DNA of 7,173 bases. Source: Promethearchaeota archaeon (GTDB lineage Archaea > Asgardarchaeota > Odinarchaeia > Odinarchaeales > JBHLKK01). Made by a program: the position numbers and the translations under genes. Location: the NCBI GenBank assembly GCA_048939465.1, contig JBHLPL010000100.1, positions 1-7,173 on the forward strand, in the 5' to 3' direction. The notes below the pieces were generated by a model that saw nothing but the letters and a program-made list of their open reading frames with translations, was not told the DNA's origin and did no database searches. This document shows positions 1 through 5,931 of the stretch, piece by piece (the first letter of the stretch is position 1; each line of letters begins with the position of its first letter).

Positions 1-618
1 CGAAATTTCAACAAGAAAATCGGATCAATTCAACCTAGAGGAGAAGTCGGTCTCTTGTATGAGGTTCTTCGAAAAAAGGGTCTAGAGTTATACTGCGACT
101 TTACGCCGCTTGGATATTTCCATCAAGATTTGGCGATTCTAAAATGGTTTTCTGATCAAGGGGAAAAAATCGATTTTGATTTTTTGATCTTCTACGAATA
201 TGATATGCTTACTACTAAGCCAATCTCGGAACTATATGGAAAATATACTTCCTACGACGCAAGTTTTGCTACTTACCACAAACCATCTCTATCTTGGTAT
301 TGGTACAAAAGGCCTTTAGGATCATTGAAATCCATGCATGAATGGCTGCGAAAATACGGTCAAGACCTTACGCTGTATGCGGGCCTGTTTGCTGGCCACA
401 TGGTATCAAGAAAGGTTCTGACAAAGCTTAAAGAGATGAAACTGCCTTTCGCTTTTTGCGAAATGAGGTGGCCAACAGTTATCACCCAACTTGGCTATTC
501 GTGCAAGAATCTGGATTTTCCAATGATGGGATACGGAAACCCAAAATCGTCTAATATGATTAAAAAGAATGTGAATCTGGGTATATTTCATCCCATCAGA
601 GGAGATGTAGACTTGTAA
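1..618 (+). CDS. Hypothetical protein, 5'-truncated; possible GT-A-like glycosyltransferase or glycan-related protein
   Basis: Frame 1 has no stop from base 1 (RNFNKKIGSIQPRGEVGLLYEVLR...), so the TTG at 55 is probably internal and the gene starts upstream of the window. It ends at TAA 616-618. It contains a hydrophobic strand ending in an acidic motif (FDFLIFYEYDML, ExD-like) and a C-terminal GIFHPI, reminiscent of GT-A-fold proteins. It lies next to a sugar epimerase. The CDS is well supported; the function is tentative. Confidence 0.6.
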   Translation, partial: RNFNKKIGSIQPRGEVGLLYEVLRKKGLELYCDFTPLGYFHQDLAILKWFSDQGEKIDFDFLIFYEYDMLTTKPISELYGKYTSYDASFATYHKPSLSWYWYKRPLGSLKSMHEWLRKYGQDLTLYAGLFAGHMVSRKVLTKLKEMKLPFAFCEMRWPTVITQLGYSCKNLDFPMMGYGNPKSSNMIKKNVNLGIFHPIRGDVDL

Positions 619-822
619 GAAACTAATTTTGGAATTACTTGAGAAAAAATCAAATCTTAAACCTCAGTTTACCATCAATCCATCTTACGACCTGAAGACG
701 GACTATCCTCAATATTGATATCACCTTGATCAATAGATCCACCAAAACAACTTTTCCTGAATCAGAATCTTATAGCTTGATCATAAGTACTTTGTTTTGA
801 AGATTAAAAAAATGAAAACATT

Positions 823-838
823 AAGAAATCCTTTTAGC
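823..838 (+). promoter_or_regulatory. Candidate archaeal BRE/TATA promoter for the epimerase gene
   Basis: AAGAAATC (823-830) followed by CTTTTAGC (831-838), about 50 nt upstream of ATG 891. Weaker match than the other three candidate boxes. Confidence 0.3.
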
Positions 839-890
839 TAGTACCAACAAGAATATATCATAGTCACATGTTCCCTTGGGAGTTGTGAAG

Positions 891-1844
891 ATGATCGCTT
901 TGGTAACTGGAGGTGCGGGTTTCATAGGGTCTCACTGTGTTCAGACTTTGGCAAGAAAGGAAACAGATGTTAATATTAATATACTTGACAATTTTCAAAG
1001 TGGATCTGAGAGCAATCTTGAGAGTATTTCAGGGAAAATCAATCTTGTTAGAGGTGACGTTCGGGATTTTAAACTGGTGAAGCATCTTGTCGCTGACTGT
1101 GACCTAGTTGTGCATTACGCTGCTAACGCCTCGGTTCCTGCCTCTGTTGAAAATCCGTTATATGATTTCGAGACCAATGCTTTGGGCACTTTCAATATTC
1201 TTGAGGCAGCTCGTCAGAGTAAGAAGGATGTGGTTATTGCTTACGCATCCTCTGCTGCATTGTACGGAGATCTTACCGACATGCCACTCAAAGAGGAATT
1301 GTGCGCTAGACCCATCTCCCCCTACGGTGTTAGTAAGCTATGTGGTGAAAACTACTGTAAACTATATCACAGAATCTATGGTCTTAAAACGGTTTCATTA
1401 AGATACTTCAATGTTTTTGGTCCTCGTCAACCACGGTACGTTATGTTCGATTTTCTTCGCAAATTGTCCGACAATCCTCATGAATTGGAGATATTGGGAT
1501 CAGGTAAACAGGTCCGTGATTTTATCTATGTTGCTGATGCGGTAAACGCAACCATAATGGCCGCAAACACTCCACCAGCTTACGGCGAAGCCATAAATGT
1601 TTGTACCGGTGTTGGAACCTCTGTTATGGATATTGCTGAAAGCATTCTGGATCTTTTGGGTTTGGAGAAGACAGAAATCGTGTGTACAGGCAAGAGCTGG
1701 GAAGGGGATGCGGACATTCTGGTTGGGGATCCGTCAAAACTCGTCAATTTTGGATTCAGACCTAAATATCCATTAGGTGAAGGTCTTCGGGAATTAATCA
1801 AATGGTACACTAAGGCTTTTCCGACAAAGTTGCGTCTTATCTAA
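891..1844 (+). CDS. NAD-dependent epimerase/dehydratase (extended SDR, GalE/WbpP-like nucleotide-sugar epimerase)
   Basis: Motifs: Rossmann TGGAGFIG, acidic ILDN at the end of beta2, HYAANASVPASVENP, catalytic SSAALYG and YGVSK (YxxxK), LRYFNVFGPRQ, QVRDFIYVAD. ATG 891 is preferred over TTG 876 because GGGAG (878-882) sits 8 nt upstream and the Rossmann strand starts immediately. Substrate specificity cannot be assigned from sequence. Confidence 0.93.
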   Translation: MIALVTGGAGFIGSHCVQTLARKETDVNINILDNFQSGSESNLESISGKINLVRGDVRDFKLVKHLVADCDLVVHYAANASVPASVENPLYDFETNALGTFNILEAARQSKKDVVIAYASSAALYGDLTDMPLKEELCARPISPYGVSKLCGENYCKLYHRIYGLKTVSLRYFNVFGPRQPRYVMFDFLRKLSDNPHELEILGSGKQVRDFIYVADAVNATIMAANTPPAYGEAINVCTGVGTSVMDIAESILDLLGLEKTEIVCTGKSWEGDADILVGDPSKLVNFGFRPKYPLGEGLRELIKWYTKAFPTKLRLI

Positions 1845-1910
1845 TAAGCTCACAGTATTAGGGCTATCCTAAGCAATAGGTTCTCGCACTGTGTTCGCCA
1901 AATGGGGTCT

Positions 1911-1926
1911 AAAAAACGTTTTAATA
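1911..1926 (+). promoter_or_regulatory. Candidate archaeal BRE/TATA promoter for the Trm112-like gene
   Basis: AAAAAACG (1911-1918) plus TTTTAATA (1919-1926), about 42 nt upstream of ATG 1969. SD-like GGTGAT at 1959-1964. Confidence 0.55.
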
Positions 1927-1968
1927 CCCGTAACCATATAAACGCCTTGTCAATCTATGGTGATTCTA

Positions 1969-2550
1969 ATGAATCCTTGGCTGGTAAATATTCTGGCCTG
2001 TCCAATTTGCAAACATCATCCGTTGAAAGCCTATTTCTACAGTTGGGAGACACCCGATGAGGAAATTAGAGAAGTCTCTAAAAGTGAGATGAATTTCGAT
2101 GTGGACGCTCGCTCATTAGAAGTGCTAGTTCGAGAGTTTGTAGAGGGTATCATTAGTATTACTGCTCTTGATGCTATTAAGGATTTAAGTGGAAATAGAA
2201 TAACTTCTCAGCTTGCAGCAAATGCAAAAGATACTGCCACAAAGCTTGAGAAAACTATTAAGTCCGGGAAAAGTGTAGAAGAAATTCTGAAGGACTCCAA
2301 GCCTGATTTGAATATTATACACTCTTATTTTCATTTGATTTCGGTAGCTGAAGGCCTTCTTCTATGTGATGGCTGTGACAGATGGTACCCAATCGGTAGT
2401 AGCGTTGTGGGCGTTCCTGAGATGTTACCAGATGATCTACGACGTAGGAAATCCGATATGGCTTTCTTGAGAAAGTGGAGAAAGCACATTCCTGAAAAGG
2501 TGTTGAGAGAAGGCAGACCCGTTAATTTGGCTGGCAGTTCTCAGGAATAA
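1969..2550 (+). CDS. trm112: Trm112-family methyltransferase activator (zinc-knuckle) with a long central insertion, 193 aa
   Basis: N-terminal MNPWLVNILACPICKHHPL and C-terminal EGLLLCDGCDRWYPI...VPEMLPDDLR are the two halves of the Trm112 fold. Four Cys ligands have codons at 1999, 2008, 2365 and 2374. The tail (FLRKWRKHIPEKVLREGRPVNL) resembles that of TACK-type archaeal Trm112. ATG 1969 is preferred over 1957 because of GGTGAT at 1959-1964 and because Trm112 proteins usually start about 10 aa before the first Cys. Confidence 0.85.
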   Translation: MNPWLVNILACPICKHHPLKAYFYSWETPDEEIREVSKSEMNFDVDARSLEVLVREFVEGIISITALDAIKDLSGNRITSQLAANAKDTATKLEKTIKSGKSVEEILKDSKPDLNIIHSYFHLISVAEGLLLCDGCDRWYPIGSSVVGVPEMLPDDLRRRKSDMAFLRKWRKHIPEKVLREGRPVNLAGSSQE

Positions 2551-2581
2551 GAGCAATTATGGAGAGAATTTTGTTCTAGTG

Positions 2582-2589
2582 TTTTTTTT
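2582..2589 (+). terminator. Candidate archaeal oligo-T terminator
   Basis: T8 run about 30 nt downstream of the Trm112 stop codon and upstream of the next candidate promoter. Confidence 0.45.
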
Positions 2590-2642
2590 AACTAACTATT
2601 CTGCCCCTCCATGAAACACTTCCAGAGGATCTGAACCGCCGG

Positions 2643-2657
2643 CAAAAAGTTTTTTAA
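2643..2657 (+). promoter_or_regulatory. Candidate archaeal BRE/TATA promoter for the AAA-Lon gene
   Basis: CAAAAAG (2643-2649) plus TTTTTTAA (2650-2657), 35 nt upstream of ATG 2693. Confidence 0.55.
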
Positions 2658-2692
2658 GGATCTAATCTTTCAGAACCTCAAAGGTTGAGATT

Positions 2693-5600
2693 ATGGCACT
2701 GATAGGAACAGAGCTCTGGGAGATACTCCTATTCTTGGCTTCCTTGGCAGTTTTCATTTATTTATATGTATTAACCGAGCGTGATCTGCGCGCTAGTCGG
2801 AAAGATTTATGGTCTACTCAGGATTCAACGGCTTTGGCGCTCCGTTATCTTTTCTTTGGCTCCATAAATGCCTTTCTTATATCGGGTCTGCTAGTGTTTT
2901 CTATTTGGATTTTGAATATTCTCTTTGAGGGGCTTGCATCTGCAATCTTGGGAATATCCCTCATTGTCCCATTGATTTCTCTCGTGGCGTCCATAGCCTT
3001 TGGTATCGCCTATGGGATAGCTAAAAGCAAGCATCTGTATGATCTTGCAGATGAAGAGGTCTACGGGTTTAAGCCCTGGTGGGCTCGTCACCGAAGACTG
3101 CGAAAGGCTTTAAGTTTATCTCTATATCTGAGCACCGGAAATTATCGTCGCTGGAGAAATGCTCAATTAACTCCGAGGAAGTTGCGAAGACTCAAACGCG
3201 ATATAGATAGATCTTTTACGAAAACCCGTGAGGATTTGATAGGGAGAGACCAAGAGTTTCAGACTGTAATGTCCAGCATCCTATATCATACGGTCAGAGA
3301 TGAACGTATTCGCGAGGTTCTAAAGAATAATCCACCTTCTAAATTCTTCATTCTTAAAGGGATGACTGGAACCGGCAAAACTCTATTGGCCGAGGTATGT
3401 ATGCGAGAGGGAATGTTAAGAGGCATTAGAAGTCAGACCAACGTTGTTGCGCTCTCGATAAAGGGCTCAGACGTCTTTAACCCATACTATGGTCAATCCG
3501 CAAGAAATCTTAGCTCGATCTTTAGGGCAACCTTGAATACTCCAAGCGTTTTATTCTTTGACGAGTTCGACAGTTTTGCCAAGAGCATAAGAAAGGGCGA
3601 GTCTCACTGGGCTCAATTGGAGGATTTGAGGGTTCAGACTACGTTCATTGAGGGATTAAAGAAAGTCTTAGATACGGAATCCAGGATTGTTGTTATAGCA
3701 GCTACGAATTCTTATGAGTCTGTCCGAGACGACATTAGACGACGTGCCTTTATAATGGATCTTGATCAGAATGTAAGCAGCGAGATGTTGATAGCTGTAT
3801 TGAACGCAGAATTGGAGAAGAACGGATGGACATATCTTGATCCTGAAGAGATAATAGAAGCCCTTGAGCGGGCAGTGAGCGTATATCGTCAGACTCAGTT
3901 AACCCCTTTTGACATTATTGATGCCTGTCAAAAAGTAAGGAATCTCAAGATAGAGCCCATACGGAAGACAATATTCGAATTTGCAGAAAAGCCCGTTAAA
4001 ACAAAATACACAGTCTCCGTTGATGATTTCAGGACCATTGCCAGAGGTTTAAGGGGATACCTTGAAAAAGAAAAGAGTAGCGAGGTTATGACTTCAATCC
4101 TCAGGATAAAACCTGCTGTAACCTACAAAGATGTTGGTGGCCTCTATGGCATAAAGGAGAAGATCTTCAAAAGCATCTCTCTGAGTCTCCGTCCAGATCT
4201 AGCAACAAAACTCGGTTGGATTCCCCCCAAAGGCTTTATTCTGTGGGGGGAGCCAGGTTGCGGTAAAACTCACATATCCAAAGCTATTGCAAAAGAGAAT
4301 AATGCAACATTCTTCTATGCTCCTGCTGCTCAACTCTTAATAAACGCGAAATGGGTTGGTGAGCCTGAAAAGAATGTTCGAGACTTGTTTGACTTTGCGA
4401 GGAAAGAAGCACCCAGCATCATCTTCTTTGATGAATTCGATATCATTGCTGGTAAGCGAAGAGGTGATCCCGTAGGTGATAAAATAACTGCTCAGATATT
4501 AACAGAGTTGGATGGACTACAGCCTTTAGAAAATGTAATTGTTATAGCCGCTACAAACAAGTTGAATACCGTAGACGAAGCCATCATCAGCAGATTCGAG
4601 CCAAATATGATCGAAATTCCGCTTCCCAGAAATGATGAAGAGAGACTCGATATTGTAAACATTCATCTGAACCGATACTTGGCACATCTTCATTCTGACG
4701 TTACAGCAGACAAGATCATCCAAATCCTGAAACGCCATCGTATGGTGTCTCCAAGAGTTGTCGCAGAAATTATCCGAGAGGCTAACCGTTTACGGTCCCA
4801 AGAACTTTTCGCAGTGTGGGAATCCTGCGGTGATGCTAGTGAGGGATTCGTGTCCGAAATCTTCAAAGAGGACCTTGAACGACTTCTTGGCGTATTGGAG
4901 ATTATGAAAAGAGAAAAGAAAAGCTCTATCGATATTAAGGAGCTAGACAGCGAAAACTACAAGGTTCGTCTGTATCACTTTGAGAAAGCAGCTGAACTCT
5001 TAGAGCAAGAGATTGATGTAGAGCTAGTGGAGGCTCAAGAGAGTCTAATACCCGAAAAAGCCGAGATTGGCTTGTCATTTGGTCTTGCAACGGATATTTC
5101 GGGAAGACGGGGAATTATCCTGATTGTTGAGTGTTTGGTAAATAAGAATGGAACTGGTAAGGTTTCAGTAACTGGAGCTGCTAAAACTGTTGTTATTGGT
5201 CCGGCTACGACCGTTGATGATGTAAGCGTCATTGAGAGTGCAACGAATGCTGTTACCTATATACGCCATTATATCAAGGAAAAGCTGGATGTGGACATCT
5301 CCAACTACGATTTTGCCTTCCAAATAATCAGTCCGTTGGAAGGATCTGCTGGCATGGGAGTAAGTGGGCCTAGTCTAGGAATTGCATTTAGCACAGCGGC
5401 AATCTCTGAACTGGCCAAGATAAAGATGAAACCAAATGTGGTTATGACGGGCAAAGTTGATATTAAGGGTAACGTTGGTCCTGTTGGAGGATTAGGATGG
5501 CGAGGAACTGGCAAGTTCTTGGCTGCAATTAGAACCAAGAAAGTCAAGATAAAGAAATTCCTAATTCCTAGATGGAACTATGAGAAATCAAGAGATGAAT

Positions 5601-5725
5601 GGGCAATTCTCAATGAGAAAAAGATTGAAGTTGTCCCTGTCAGTAAACAGGCCGAAGCATGGATCAGTACGTTTGACATGAAGGAAGGCGATATCCTAAG
5701 GCAAATTAGACCTGACATTGAATAA
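2693..5725 (+). CDS. Membrane-anchored tandem AAA+ ATPase (Cdc48/VAT-like D1-D2) fused to a C-terminal Lon (S16) protease domain, 1010 aa
   Basis: Hydrophobic segments at aa ~8-27, ~52-78 and ~81-110. D1: Walker A GMTGTGKT (aa 223-230, nt 3359-3382), pore loop PYYG, Walker B LFFDEFD, IAATN. D2: TYKDVGGL, Walker A GEPGCGKT (aa 519-526, nt 4247-4270), pore loop KWVGEPE, Walker B IFFDEFD, IAATN...IISRF. Lon domain: FGLA...GIILIVEC, VTG...ESATNA, GVSGPSLG (Ser894), VMTGKVDIKGNVGPVGG, GKFLAA (Lys941), FLIPRWN. Confidence 0.92.
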   Translation: MALIGTELWEILLFLASLAVFIYLYVLTERDLRASRKDLWSTQDSTALALRYLFFGSINAFLISGLLVFSIWILNILFEGLASAILGISLIVPLISLVASIAFGIAYGIAKSKHLYDLADEEVYGFKPWWARHRRLRKALSLSLYLSTGNYRRWRNAQLTPRKLRRLKRDIDRSFTKTREDLIGRDQEFQTVMSSILYHTVRDERIREVLKNNPPSKFFILKGMTGTGKTLLAEVCMREGMLRGIRSQTNVVALSIKGSDVFNPYYGQSARNLSSIFRATLNTPSVLFFDEFDSFAKSIRKGESHWAQLEDLRVQTTFIEGLKKVLDTESRIVVIAATNSYESVRDDIRRRAFIMDLDQNVSSEMLIAVLNAELEKNGWTYLDPEEIIEALERAVSVYRQTQLTPFDIIDACQKVRNLKIEPIRKTIFEFAEKPVKTKYTVSVDDFRTIARGLRGYLEKEKSSEVMTSILRIKPAVTYKDVGGLYGIKEKIFKSISLSLRPDLATKLGWIPPKGFILWGEPGCGKTHISKAIAKENNATFFYAPAAQLLINAKWVGEPEKNVRDLFDFARKEAPSIIFFDEFDIIAGKRRGDPVGDKITAQILTELDGLQPLENVIVIAATNKLNTVDEAIISRFEPNMIEIPLPRNDEERLDIVNIHLNRYLAHLHSDVTADKIIQILKRHRMVSPRVVAEIIREANRLRSQELFAVWESCGDASEGFVSEIFKEDLERLLGVLEIMKREKKSSIDIKELDSENYKVRLYHFEKAAELLEQEIDVELVEAQESLIPEKAEIGLSFGLATDISGRRGIILIVECLVNKNGTGKVSVTGAAKTVVIGPATTVDDVSVIESATNAVTYIRHYIKEKLDVDISNYDFAFQIISPLEGSAGMGVSGPSLGIAFSTAAISELAKIKMKPNVVMTGKVDIKGNVGPVGGLGWRGTGKFLAAIRTKKVKIKKFLIPRWNYEKSRDEWAILNEKKIEVVPVSKQAEAWISTFDMKEGDILRQIRPDIE

Positions 5726-5748
5726 GCACCCAAAACTTCCTAGGCTAG

Positions 5749-5762
5749 TTCATTTTTCCTTT
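5749..5762 (+). terminator. Possible T-rich terminator after the AAA-Lon gene
   Basis: Pyrimidine/T-rich tract TTCATTTTTCCTTT about 25 nt after the stop codon at 5725. Confidence 0.3.
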
Positions 5763-5843
5763 ACTGTATTCCCGAATCTATAATCCTATATTTGATGAAG
5801 ACATCATTTCTCGAAGTTTTCAGTCTCGCAGGTCAATTTCCTC

Positions 5844-5860
5844 ATAAAAATCTTTTTAAT
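5844..5860 (+). promoter_or_regulatory. Candidate archaeal BRE/TATA promoter for the sulfatase-like gene
   Basis: ATAAAAATC (5844-5852) plus TTTTTAAT (5853-5860), the same layout as the boxes at 1911 and 2643. Confidence 0.5.
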
Positions 5861-5931
5861 AGGATAGCTCTCTAATAGTGGCGATTAGTTTACCTGAGGC
5901 TTATATCAGTGTGAATCATTATAATAATAGT

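Noticed and set aside
55-57. TTG start of the first ORF as given in the track
   Set aside because: The frame is open to base 1 with no stop, so the gene most likely begins upstream of the window.
406-591. 61-aa minus-strand ORF
   Set aside because: Fully antisense to the longer ORF at 1-618, with no recognisable motifs.
675-740. Minus-strand peptide GDINIEDSPSSGRK, loosely resembling the 'D.pRSGRP' motif of IS630/mariner transposases
   Set aside because: Very short, lacks the conserved R and P, has no start codon, no terminal inverted repeats and no TA target duplication; probably chance.
1108-1810. ORFs 1108-1401 (+) and 1580-1810 (-)
   Set aside because: Shadow frames within the well-supported epimerase gene.
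1851-1893. Nested short inverted repeats (CACAGT/ACTGTG; TTAGG/CCTAA) after the epimerase gene
   Set aside because: Stems of only 5-6 bp, no tRNA or known ncRNA features, and no U-tract; not distinguishable from background.
2891-5547. Minus-strand ORFs 2891-3091, 4526-4738, 5035-5232 and 5305-5547
   Set aside because: Short antisense shadows of the AAA-Lon gene, with no motifs.
2693-5725. Annotation as FtsH, ordinary LonB or ordinary Cdc48
   Set aside because: There is no HEXXH Zn-protease motif (not FtsH). There are two classic-clade AAA domains with N-terminal rather than intra-AAA TMs (not LonB). There is no N-domain and an added protease domain (not canonical Cdc48).
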